From contig JAIQFI010000008.1 in assembly GCA_020073345.1 (NCBI GenBank), forward strand, positions 42,108 to 106,107: 64,000 nucleotides of DNA. Direction: 5' to 3'. Every line of letters starts with the position of its first letter. Positions within the stretch are counted from its first letter, which is position 1. Positions 7,975 through 16,783 of the stretch are shown in pieces. Source of the DNA: Terriglobia bacterium. Lineage in GTDB: Bacteria > Acidobacteriota > Terriglobia > Bryobacterales > Bryobacteraceae. Both the position numbers and the translations under genes were made by a program. The notes under the pieces are model-generated. The model made no database searches. It saw only the letters and a program-made list of their open reading frames with translations, and had not been told where the DNA came from.

Positions 7975-9464
7975 GGCTGCAACGAACCTGATGGAGCCCG
8001 GAACATGACCCGCAGCTCCTGTCTCCATTCTATCCCGACGCCGATGCGTTCCAACTGGATCCCGGAAGAAAAGTACTGCAGTACCGTCTCATTGGACGGA
8101 TGGAAATCGAGCGCGGGAGCGACCAGCAGCAGCCGTGGCGGGTCGGGACGCAGCGGAATACCGGGAAAGTATCCGCGGCCTTCAAACTCACCCCGTTCCA
8201 GATGCCATTTGACGCGCATCCAGTAATCCAGGGCCTGGAGCGGCAAATGGATGTCCTCACTGGCCTTAACCTCGATCACGACCAGCCGGCCATCGTAGTC
8301 CACCGCCAGAAGATCCAGAATGCCGCGAGAGCCTGCAGCGAACTGCGGGGCTTGGCCGTAAAGAGGCGTGTCGCGGATGCTGGCGTCCAGGCGGCTGATG
8401 GAGGCCCGTACCTGCGATTCGAGCCACGCCTCCGGGTGGCGTAAGTACAGTGGATTTCGACGGTCGGCTGCAGCGGCGCCGCGGAGACGGGCGAGCCCGC
8501 GAGCAAGATTTTCGATCTCCGCAAGCTGGCGAGGGTTCGAAAGATGTGCCGCGTGGCGATCATCGATCCCGAAAAGCAAAGCGGAGCTCGAAGTGCGGGC
8601 GAACTCGAGACCACGCACCGCCAGGCTGATCGACCCGTCCGGGCGCGGCCGGCGCTCGACCCCGTCTATGCTTTCGAGACGCTCCACCCACGCGGCGAGC
8701 TCGGTCTCCGCCGACGGCGCGCAAAATGGGGCATTAAATGTATCCAGGCGCGTCGAGAAGTTGGTATAGTCTCCGGGCTCGACGGGCTCTTCCAAAATCC
8801 CGGCGCCGTGCACGAAGACCCGGTACTGCGCGGCATCCGCGTTCAGATAGCGGACCCGGTGGCAAGTGGTATTCTCGGCGCCAATGGGGACGAAGATCGC
8901 GAGCGTGCCGACGAACAAGCGCGTCTCGCGCCGCCGCAGATAATCGAGCCAAATCAGCCCGAAGCTCAGCACGCCGTCTGGATCGGTAGCATCTTCGCCG
9001 ACGCCGATCGCGGCGATCGCCTGGGTGCCGCGGCAGAGCAGAGCCCGCGGGTAGGCGGGCGACAGACTGTGATGCAGGCCAGGTTCGGTGCTCAGCTCCA
9101 CCAGCTTCCAGCCGCTGTACTGACGGCGGAGCGACATTCTAAATTGCTCGCGATACTTGAGTCGGCCGCCCCGCCGGGCGGCGGCGGTGTTGGACGCTTC
9201 CGCCAGATCGATCAGCAGCAGCGAGCCGGTGCGGCCGCCGAAACGTTCGACTTCCAGCTCCAGAAAGCCGCGCCGGATCTTACCGATCGCACGAATCCGG
9301 CGCACCAGGTTGCGGGTCTCGTTCCAGCACTCCAGCGTGCAGGCACCATCGCGAGTCCCGAGCACGAACCTGCCGGCCTGGATCTCGAGCGGGTCTTCGC
9401 CGGGTTCGAGCAGCACGGGCTGGCGGGCGGTCTTTAGGAACTCTTCGATTGCTTCTCGCGCCAC
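7932..9464 (-). CDS. Hypothetical protein with a C-terminal PD-(D/E)xK (NucS/DUF91-like) nuclease motif
   Basis: 510 aa. C-terminal GILDLLAVDYDGRLVVIEVKASEDIHLPLQALDYW matches the D...(D/E)xK core of restriction-endonuclease-fold proteins. The N-terminal ~370 aa are unassigned. Confidence 0.65.
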   Translation of the reverse strand: MAREAIEEFLKTARQPVLLEPGEDPLEIQAGRFVLGTRDGACTLECWNETRNLVRRIRAIGKIRRGFLELEVERFGGRTGSLLLIDLAEASNTAAARRGGRLKYREQFRMSLRRQYSGWKLVELSTEPGLHHSLSPAYPRALLCRGTQAIAAIGVGEDATDPDGVLSFGLIWLDYLRRRETRLFVGTLAIFVPIGAENTTCHRVRYLNADAAQYRVFVHGAGILEEPVEPGDYTNFSTRLDTFNAPFCAPSAETELAAWVERLESIDGVERRPRPDGSISLAVRGLEFARTSSSALLFGIDDRHAAHLSNPRQLAEIENLARGLARLRGAAAADRRNPLYLRHPEAWLESQVRASISRLDASIRDTPLYGQAPQFAAGSRGILDLLAVDYDGRLVVIEVKASEDIHLPLQALDYWMRVKWHLERGEFEGRGYFPGIPLRPDPPRLLLVAPALDFHPSNETVLQYFSSGIQLERIGVGIEWRQELRVMFRAPSGSLQPWPSQSFGRSDKRS

Positions 9465-9487
9465 TCGAAATTAGTGGCGGCGGCGGG

Positions 9488-10966
9488 TCAGAATATCAGT
9501 ACTTTCTTCGAGGAAAGATGTTTTTCGAGCTCCTTGCGGTCTCCGAAATAGGAGGGCTTGGCCGTTCCCTTGCTAAACAGGTCGCGGGCCTGATCGTCGA
9601 AATGTCCGGACTCGGGACTGTCGCTCTCGCCCGGCACCAGGATCGAAACAGAACGCGGGACGCCCGACAATTCCACGATCTGCGTCGCGGTCTGGCCGCC
9701 GCTGCCCATCATGACGGCGCCGCGTCGCTCGAAGGTGATCGCGCGGGGCGTGACCATGCCGGCCTCCGTTACGGTTCCGCCTCCGGCCGGGTTCGACTGT
9801 AAAGCGCCATCGCGAGCCACACGAAATATCGTGCCGTAATCCGCCCGATAGGGCAACTCGATTTCGACCTGGTCCTGGGCCTTGCGGAGCGCCGCGCGGA
9901 TGCGATTATTACTCAGCGAATCCGGCGGTTCAAGCGCCGAGGCCTCGGGCTGCCCCAGGGCCATCTTGAAAAGATAGAAGGCCAGCGCCTCCACGGAGGT
10001 TGCATCACTGCGGCGGCTCCAACCAGTCAGCATGCGGACGAAAGGCAACTCGGGCGCCACCTTGACCAGGCGCGCCTGCCAGGCTTCCGCCTTGTATACG
10101 GCGGTCGAAAACGCCACATCCGCCACTCGTCCGAAGGGCCAAGTGTTTTGGCTGGCGAGCAACTGGCGAACGCCTGCTTCCGCCTGAGGCACGCTTCGCT
10201 GACGCAGTAAAATACCCTGGTCGGGTACTCTTCCGGAACTGTCGTATATTTCGCCCTGGGCGGTCCCGACCAGCGCACTGCCGGGGATTTGTCCCATGCG
10301 GAGCGCCGCCTGCGATTCGGTCAGGCTGCGAGCCGTGATCATCGCCCAGGCCTGCTCCAGAGCGCGCGGACCCGCAGTATCTTTCGAGCCGCTCCATCCA
10401 ATGGCTACGGACGCGTTGTGGCCGATGATCGGAAAAGGAATACCGGGCGGCGCGACACCCGACAGGGCCAGCTTCTCATCGGATGCGTACCAACGCATCT
10501 CATACGGACGGCCGTCGTCGTTCCATCCGCCGAGTGGATCCAGAATGGCGATGACGTTCCCGTTGGAGGTGCGGGAGGGACCTATCAACACATCGTTCGA
10601 TCCATGGATTCCCATGAACGCGCGGCGGCTGAACGCGGCGACCATGGCAGGCGTGACGGGGGTGTTATCCGGCCCGGCATGTTCGGACAGATAACGGTTG
10701 ATACCCGCGCAGAAGGCTTCGACGATGGCTTGGATTCGCGCCGAAAGCAGCGTGGGTTCATTTCCTGCGCCGCGTAAATTTCGCAGAAGCGCGTCCTTCC
10801 GGTCTTCGGCCTGGGCGTATCCGGCGGCATAGGCGGCTCCGGTGGAGGTGCGGGCGAAGATGTGTGGCGTGCCGAACGTATCGCGGAGGGTTTCGACGGA
10901 TTCGGCGCCGAACGCGCCGAGGCACGAGGCCAGCGATAGAACCAGGCCCAGCAGGAGAACGCGCAC
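9488..10966 (-). CDS. Penicillin acylase (peptidase S45, Ntn-hydrolase) family protein, unusually compact
   Basis: Signal peptide, then LRDTFGTPHIFARTSTGAAYAAGYAQAEDRKDAL (typical alpha-chain start). Candidate nucleophile at GSNDVLIGP. Only 492 aa. Confidence 0.7.
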   Translation of the reverse strand: MRVLLLGLVLSLASCLGAFGAESVETLRDTFGTPHIFARTSTGAAYAAGYAQAEDRKDALLRNLRGAGNEPTLLSARIQAIVEAFCAGINRYLSEHAGPDNTPVTPAMVAAFSRRAFMGIHGSNDVLIGPSRTSNGNVIAILDPLGGWNDDGRPYEMRWYASDEKLALSGVAPPGIPFPIIGHNASVAIGWSGSKDTAGPRALEQAWAMITARSLTESQAALRMGQIPGSALVGTAQGEIYDSSGRVPDQGILLRQRSVPQAEAGVRQLLASQNTWPFGRVADVAFSTAVYKAEAWQARLVKVAPELPFVRMLTGWSRRSDATSVEALAFYLFKMALGQPEASALEPPDSLSNNRIRAALRKAQDQVEIELPYRADYGTIFRVARDGALQSNPAGGGTVTEAGMVTPRAITFERRGAVMMGSGGQTATQIVELSGVPRSVSILVPGESDSPESGHFDDQARDLFSKGTAKPSYFGDRKELEKHLSSKKVLIF

Positions 10967-10986
10967 CGGCTTTGCGGTAGCAGCCC

Positions 10987-11397
10987 TCAGCGGCTGTCGT
11001 CGTCGATGGCGATCTTCATCATCCGCAGGAACTTCTGGTCCTGCGAAGTTAGTTTGATCTTCCCCACCCGGCGCCGTCCGGTTTCGGGTTGGGATTCCAG
11101 TTCCACCGTTTCCTCGGTCTCATCGTGCTCGTCGGATTCAGCGCGTTTATTGAATCCGATGGTGGCTTCCAGAACCAGGAAGACGTCGTAACCGGCGCGT
11201 TTGATCTCCCCAATCGCGGCGGCTATACGGTCGGAATCGGAAAGCGACTCGTTGATCGCGTTTCCCAATTCCTGCATGAGATCTCGCAAGCGATCTTCCA
11301 ATTGATTCCTCGTTTCTGCCGGTCGAACCCCGTCCGCGGGTCCGATGCCACCTTCAGCATACCACCCGTTTTTCGGGAGGTCGATGCGTTTCTTCAT
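10987..11397 (-). CDS. Hypothetical acidic protein
   Basis: ORF taken from MKKRIDLPKNGWY. It has an acidic middle (SDEHDETEETVELES) and a C-terminal KIKLTSQDQKFLRMMKIAIDD. No family recognised. Confidence 0.5.
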   Translation of the reverse strand: MKKRIDLPKNGWYAEGGIGPADGVRPAETRNQLEDRLRDLMQELGNAINESLSDSDRIAAAIGEIKRAGYDVFLVLEATIGFNKRAESDEHDETEETVELESQPETGRRRVGKIKLTSQDQKFLRMMKIAIDDDSR

Positions 11398-11448
11398 ACA
11401 TGATATCGGCCGCGGCGGCACGGTCTGTTAGGATGAGGGGTGCGGGCG

Positions 11449-11724
11449 ATGAAGATCGATAAACGCAGCAAACTGGGCCGGTTTGTGGAGCATGTCATGC
11501 CCGGCGTGGTGCGGCCTTTGCGGGTGCTGTGGCACGAGATCATCGGCTTTATATTCATTGTTTTGGCCGTGATCTTCGGGGCTTCGGCGATCCGCAACTA
11601 CCATCTGCTGCAATCCGAAGAAATCAGCATGCTGCGGCTGGCGGCGTCGTTCTTCCTGCCTGTCCTGATGGCGTATTTCGGGATCACTTCCTTCCTGCGA
11701 GCCCGTAAAGCCTCGCGTTCGTGA
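11449..11724 (+). CDS. Small two-TM membrane protein, hypothetical
   Basis: ATG at 11449 lies 8 nt after GAGGGG. Two hydrophobic helices ([18 protein letters not shown] and [19 protein letters not shown]). Confidence 0.55.
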   Translation: MKIDKRSKLGRFVEHVMPGVVRPLRVLWHEIIGFIFIVLAVIFGASAIRNYHLLQSEEISMLRLAASFFLPVLMAYFGITSFLRARKASRS

Positions 11725-11743
11725 ACAAAGGGATGACCGGCGC

Positions 11744-13243
11744 ATGAGCAAATCAGCCGAACTGCCCGGCCAGTATCCGTTCACGCGCGGCATTCATCCC
11801 GGGATGTATCGCGGCCGGCTCTGGACCATGCGCCAGTACGCCGGCTTCGGATCGGCCGAGGAGAGCAACCGGCGCTACCGGTTCTTGTTGTCGCAAGGCC
11901 TCACCGGACTTTCGGTGGCCTTCGATCTGCCCACGCAGATGGGCATGGACGCGGATCATCCCCTGGCCGCGGGCGAAGTGGGCCGCGTGGGCGTGGCGAT
12001 CTGTTCGCTGGCCGACATGGAAACACTGTTTGATGGCATTCGACTAGATGAAGTCACCACGTCCATGACCATCAACTCTACGGCCGCGATCTTGTTGTCG
12101 CTGTATACGCTGGTTGCAGGCCGCCAGGGAGCCGATCTGCGCAAGCTTTCGGGCACCATACAGAACGACATCTTGAAGGAGTACATCGCGCGCGGGACCT
12201 ATATCTATCCGCCGCGTCCGGCCATGCGAATCGTCACCGACTTGTTCGCCTGGGCGGGTACTGAGCTGCCAGAGTGGAACACGATTTCGATCAGCGGCTA
12301 TCACATTCGCGAAGCCGGCTCGACGGCGATTCAAGAAGTCGCGTTCACGCTGGCCAACGCCATCGCATATATCGAGTCTGCGATCCGCGCTGGACTAAAC
12401 GTCGACGCATTCGCGCCGCGAGTGTCGTTCTTCTTCAACGCGCACAGCGATTTTCTGGAGGAGATCGCCAAGTATCGGGCGGCGCGGCGGCTATATGCGC
12501 ACATCATGAAAGAACGCTTCGGGGCGAAAGACCCGAGGTCAATGATGATGCGGTTTCATGCCCAGACCGCAGGATCGACGCTTACGGCGCAGCAACCCGA
12601 CGTGAATGTGGTGCGCGTGGCGCTCGAGGCCATGTCCGCCGTGCTGGGCGGCACGCAATCGCTACACACCAATTCTCGCGACGAGGCGCTGGGGCTGCCC
12701 ACGGAGGAATCCGCCAGGCTCGCTCTGCGCACGCAGCAGATCATCGCGCACGAGAGCGGAATCACTAAGGTCGCCGATCCGCTGGGCGGAAGCTTTTACA
12801 TCGAAGAGCTGACCGACAAAATCGAACGCGGAGCACGGGAATATCTCGACCGGATCGACGCGATGGGCGGAACGCTGGCCGCGATCGAGAAGGGCTGGAT
12901 CCAGGCGGAAATCCAGAACGCCGCGTACGAATTCCAGCAGCAGGTGGAACTCGGGGCGAAGATCGTGGTGGGCGTTAACTGGTTTCAGCAGGAAAACGGG
13001 CAGTCCCTGGCGGCATTGCGCATTGATTCGAATATTGAACGGCAGCAGATCGAGCGCTTGCGGCAGGTGCGCGCATCCCGGAATCGGTCGGCGGTGGAGT
13101 CGTCCCTCGATGCGCTCGAGGACGCAGCGCGCGGCTCGGACAATCTGATGTCGAAGATTCTAGCGGCCTGCGAAGCACTCGCGACGGTCGGCGAAATCTC
13201 GGATCGCATGAGAAACGTTTTCGGCGAGTATCGTGAGGGCTGA
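11744..13243 (+). CDS. Methylmalonyl-CoA mutase family, catalytic (substrate-binding) domain only
   Basis: [57 protein letters not shown]. At 499 aa it ends before any B12-binding domain. Confidence 0.9.
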   Translation: MSKSAELPGQYPFTRGIHPGMYRGRLWTMRQYAGFGSAEESNRRYRFLLSQGLTGLSVAFDLPTQMGMDADHPLAAGEVGRVGVAICSLADMETLFDGIRLDEVTTSMTINSTAAILLSLYTLVAGRQGADLRKLSGTIQNDILKEYIARGTYIYPPRPAMRIVTDLFAWAGTELPEWNTISISGYHIREAGSTAIQEVAFTLANAIAYIESAIRAGLNVDAFAPRVSFFFNAHSDFLEEIAKYRAARRLYAHIMKERFGAKDPRSMMMRFHAQTAGSTLTAQQPDVNVVRVALEAMSAVLGGTQSLHTNSRDEALGLPTEESARLALRTQQIIAHESGITKVADPLGGSFYIEELTDKIERGAREYLDRIDAMGGTLAAIEKGWIQAEIQNAAYEFQQQVELGAKIVVGVNWFQQENGQSLAALRIDSNIERQQIERLRQVRASRNRSAVESSLDALEDAARGSDNLMSKILAACEALATVGEISDRMRNVFGEYREG

Positions 13244-14573
13244 AGTTCACATTATCGGAGGCGGGTTGGCCGGCTGCGAAGCGGCTTGGCGGGTGGCTCG
13301 CGCGGGCGGACGCGCAGTTTTATATGAAATGAGACCGGTGCGTGCGACGCCCGCACACAAAACCGCGGAGCTGGCCGAGCTGGTGTGTAGCAATTCCCTT
13401 AAGAGCGAACAGGAGAATGGCGCTCCCTGGCTCCTCAAAGAAGAACTACGCCGGTTAGGTTCGCTCCTGATCGGGCAGATCGCGCCCCGAACGCGAGTGC
13501 CCGCCGGCCACGCCCTGACAGTGGATCGCGACTTGTTCGCCGCCGAGGTCACGCGCGTGCTGGAAGCGGACCGCGCGATCGAGATCCGCCGCGAAGAAGT
13601 CACCGCTCTCGATCCGGAAAATATCTGGATCATCGCAAGTGGACCACTGACATCGGATGCACTGGCAGCCGAAATCGGGCGGCTGACAGGATCGCAACGG
13701 CTGTTCTTCTATGACAGCATCAGTCCGATTGTCGACGCCGAGTCGATCGACACGTCGATTGCCTTCGCCGCTTCGCGCTACGGGAAGTCGCTGGACGGGA
13801 CCAACGATTACTTAAATTGTCCCTTCGACAAGGCGGAGTACGAGACGTTTCTGGACGCGCTGTTAGCGGCTGACAGTGTGCCTGCGCACATCCCCGAAGA
13901 CAACCCTGGCGAGGATCGCGTGAACTATTTCGAGGCGTGCCTGCCGATCGAAGAAATCGCGCGGCGCGGACGCGATACGCTGCGCTTCGGGCCGATGAAG
14001 CCCATGGGGCTGACCGATCCGCGCACCGGCCGGCGTCCCTACGCAGTGGTCCAGCTTCGCAGCGAAAATGCGCGCGCGGGCAGCTTCAACCTGGTGGGGT
14101 TCCAGAATCACATGCGTTTCGGCGAGCAGCAGCGCGTACTTCGGATGATCCCGGGCCTCCAGAACGCCGAATTCTTGCGCTATGGGCAGGTGCACCGCAA
14201 TACCTACATCAATGGGCCTGCGTTATTGACCCCCGCACTGCAATTGCGCGCGCGCCCGCAGATCTTCTTCGCCGGACAGATTTCGGGTGTCGAAGGATAC
14301 GTTGAATCGATCGCAACGGGACTCGCCGCCGGGCTGGGGGCAGCAGCGCTGGCGGCCGGCGAGCCCGTGCGCATGTTCCCGCGCGAAACCGCCATCGGAT
14401 CGCTGTGCGCGTACGTCTCCGGGGCCGATCCGGCCAATTATCAACCCGCGAACATCACCTTCGATCTGCTGCCGAAGCTCGAAAACCCGCCGCGCGACCG
14501 CAAGCTCCGGCACGCAGAAGTGTGCCGGCGAGCGCTGGCTGCGCTCGAGCAGCACTTATACTCGCATGCCTGA
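13233..14573 (+). CDS. trmFO: Methylenetetrahydrofolate--tRNA-(uracil-5-)-methyltransferase TrmFO
   Basis: GTG start. [15 protein letters not shown]...[10 protein letters not shown], 446 aa. Overlaps the mutase gene by 11 nt. Confidence 0.92.
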   Translation: MRAEVHIIGGGLAGCEAAWRVARAGGRAVLYEMRPVRATPAHKTAELAELVCSNSLKSEQENGAPWLLKEELRRLGSLLIGQIAPRTRVPAGHALTVDRDLFAAEVTRVLEADRAIEIRREEVTALDPENIWIIASGPLTSDALAAEIGRLTGSQRLFFYDSISPIVDAESIDTSIAFAASRYGKSLDGTNDYLNCPFDKAEYETFLDALLAADSVPAHIPEDNPGEDRVNYFEACLPIEEIARRGRDTLRFGPMKPMGLTDPRTGRRPYAVVQLRSENARAGSFNLVGFQNHMRFGEQQRVLRMIPGLQNAEFLRYGQVHRNTYINGPALLTPALQLRARPQIFFAGQISGVEGYVESIATGLAAGLGAAALAAGEPVRMFPRETAIGSLCAYVSGADPANYQPANITFDLLPKLENPPRDRKLRHAEVCRRALAALEQHLYSHA

Positions 14574-15486
14574 GGCGCCTACTTCAGAGCTGGCGAACGC
14601 AATCGACCGTTATCTTGCCGACCTGCGCCTGCAAAACGCCTCGCCGCACACGGTACGCAACTACGCGAGCGACCTGGAACAATTCGCCAGCTATTTCTCG
14701 CCTCCAGGCCAGCGGGCGCCCCCGCCTGCCGAGTTCACGGTGCTCCAGATCCGAGAATGGCTGGGTGATCTTTACCATCGCCGCTTGAGCCCTGTTTCCG
14801 TGCGGCGCAAGCTGGCGGCGGTCCGCTCCCTGTTCCAGTTTCTGGCAAAGCAAGGCAGCGTTCCTACGAATGTCGCGCGGCTGGTGAAGACGCCCAAAGC
14901 TCCGCAACGCCTGCCCGCGGTTCCGACCGCCGAGCAAACCAACGAGCTCATCAATGCTGTGGCCGAAGATCGTCTGGAGCGCCCGTTCCCCGAGCGCGAC
15001 CGCCTGATTTTCGAGCTGCTGTACGGCTGCGGCCTGCGCATCAGCGAGCTGGTGGGACTCGATCTGGACGATTTCGATTATCGCGAGCAATGGATTCGCG
15101 TGCGCGGCAAAGGCCGCAAGGAGCGGCAGGTTCCGTACGGTGCGACCGCCGCCGCCTCGCTCGAAAAGTATCTCGCGGTGCGTTCCGCCAAGCCGAAGGA
15201 GCGGGGGCTACTGATGAACCACTTGGGCACGCGGCTTTCCGACCGGGGGGCGCGCGGCATCGTGAAGCTGTACGCCCGCCTGGTTTCGGGCGATGCTTCC
15301 ATGCATCCGCACAGTCTGCGGCACGCCTTCGCGACCCATCTGTTGGCTGACGGAGCGGATCTGCGCGCGATCCAGGAACTGTTGGGGCACGCGCGTCTGG
15401 CGACGACGCAGAAGTACACGCAAGTGTCGCTCACGGACTTGATGGCGGTGTACGATCGCGCTCATCCGAAGGCTCGCAAGCCCTGA
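14566..15486 (+). CDS. xerC: Tyrosine recombinase XerC/XerD family
   Basis: Taken from the internal ATG at 14566 ([37 protein letters not shown]). C-terminal HSLRHAFATHLL...LLGHARLATTQKYT catalytic motifs. Overlaps the trmFO stop by 8 nt. Confidence 0.9.
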   Translation: MPEAPTSELANAIDRYLADLRLQNASPHTVRNYASDLEQFASYFSPPGQRAPPPAEFTVLQIREWLGDLYHRRLSPVSVRRKLAAVRSLFQFLAKQGSVPTNVARLVKTPKAPQRLPAVPTAEQTNELINAVAEDRLERPFPERDRLIFELLYGCGLRISELVGLDLDDFDYREQWIRVRGKGRKERQVPYGATAAASLEKYLAVRSAKPKERGLLMNHLGTRLSDRGARGIVKLYARLVSGDASMHPHSLRHAFATHLLADGADLRAIQELLGHARLATTQKYTQVSLTDLMAVYDRAHPKARKP

Positions 15487-15604
15487 AGCCAATCCCGCAG
15501 CCGCGCACGAAGTCCCACAGCCGGACACTGCATTTCGGCCAGCTACGCTGAAACCACGGGACTTTTTTACGGCACGAAACCTGCCTAACTTTCGTCAGTA
15601 AGTT

Positions 15605-16765
15605 ATGTTGACCAGCTTGGAGTCTCCGGCCATGGCAGTTCCCGTCGCCGCTACTCGACCCTATCGCGTCCTGGTGTGCGACGATCAGCCTGACGTACTG
15701 CATGCCTTGCAGCTCCTGCTTAAGGGCCAGGGGTACGAAGCCGTGACCGTGGATTCGCCGCGCGCGTTGTTGCGCGAGGCCCGCTCCGACGACTTCGATC
15801 TGATTCTCGCCGATTTGAATTACACGCGCGACACCACTTCCGGTGAAGAGGGTCTGGATCTGCTCGCAGGGTTGGAATCGCAGGGTAACACCACGCCGGT
15901 GATCGTGATGACCGCATGGGGCAGCATCGATCTCGCGGTCGAAGCCATGCGCCGCGGGGCTTGTGACTTTGTGCAGAAACCCTGGGATAACGAGCGCGTG
16001 CTGGCGGCGATTCGCAAACAAGCCGATTCGGAACGGGGCCGCCGGTCGGAGCTCGAAATCGCGGCGACGGTGCAGCAAAAACTGTTTCCCCGCGCGGCCC
16101 GGCAGTTGCGCACCATCGATTACGCCGGACACTGTGTCGCTGCACGGGGTGTCGGCGGCGACTACTATGATTTCCTAGACCTGGGTGATGGCTCGCTCGG
16201 ATTTGTGCTTGCGGATGTCTCCGGGAAAGGGGTCCCCGCGGCGCTGCTCATGGCGAATCTGCAGGCTTGCTTCCGGACCCAAGCGGCGAGCGGCGTACTT
16301 GGACCCGCCGAGCTGTTGGAAGCCGTCCACAAACACTTCTACTCATCCACTGGATCAGACCGGTTCGCGACGCTGTTTTTCGGATCGTATGACGACCATA
16401 CGCGGCAGATGCGCTACGTCAACTGCGGCCATTGCGCGCCTTTGCTGCTGCGAGCCAACGGGGAGTTGATCAAGCTCGAACCCACCGCCACCATGCTGGG
16501 CGCGTTCGAGGACTGGAGTTGCGGCGAGGAAGAAGTCAGCCTCGAGCCGGGCGATACGTTACTGCTCTATTCCGACGGCGTGACGGAAGCGGCCGATGCT
16601 ACTGACGATGACTTCGGAGAAGACCGCCTGGTTCGCACGCTGCGCGAAAGCGGCGCGTCCACGGCGGGCGATTTGGTGCGCGAGATCGTCAAGGTAGTCT
16701 CGGTGTTCAGCGAGGCATCGCTTGGGGACGATATCACCGTGGTCACGATTCGCGGCATTCAATAA
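15605..16765 (+). CDS. Response-regulator receiver fused to a PP2C/SpoIIE-type phosphatase (RsbU-like)
   Basis: REC domain (VLVCDDQPD...DLILADLNY...VIVMTAW) followed by GGDYYDF...VLADVSGKGVPAAL...LLLYSDGVTEA. Confidence 0.88.
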   Translation: MLTSLESPAMAVPVAATRPYRVLVCDDQPDVLHALQLLLKGQGYEAVTVDSPRALLREARSDDFDLILADLNYTRDTTSGEEGLDLLAGLESQGNTTPVIVMTAWGSIDLAVEAMRRGACDFVQKPWDNERVLAAIRKQADSERGRRSELEIAATVQQKLFPRAARQLRTIDYAGHCVAARGVGGDYYDFLDLGDGSLGFVLADVSGKGVPAALLMANLQACFRTQAASGVLGPAELLEAVHKHFYSSTGSDRFATLFFGSYDDHTRQMRYVNCGHCAPLLLRANGELIKLEPTATMLGAFEDWSCGEEEVSLEPGDTLLLYSDGVTEAADATDDDFGEDRLVRTLRESGASTAGDLVREIVKVVSVFSEASLGDDITVVTIRGIQ

Positions 16766-16783
16766 CGCTAAAATCTAAGGACC

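Noticed and set aside
14287-14565. 93-codon upstream extension of the xerC ORF
   Set aside because: It overlaps the conserved 3' part of trmFO in a different frame and has an Arg/Ser/Pro-rich composition. Recombinase homology begins at the ATG at 14566.
14566-15486. Tyrosine recombinase as a marker of an integrated mobile element or prophage
   Set aside because: It has XerC/XerD-type length and motifs and is translationally coupled to trmFO, a known housekeeping synteny. There is no flanking tRNA, direct repeats, excisionase, phage genes or composition shift.
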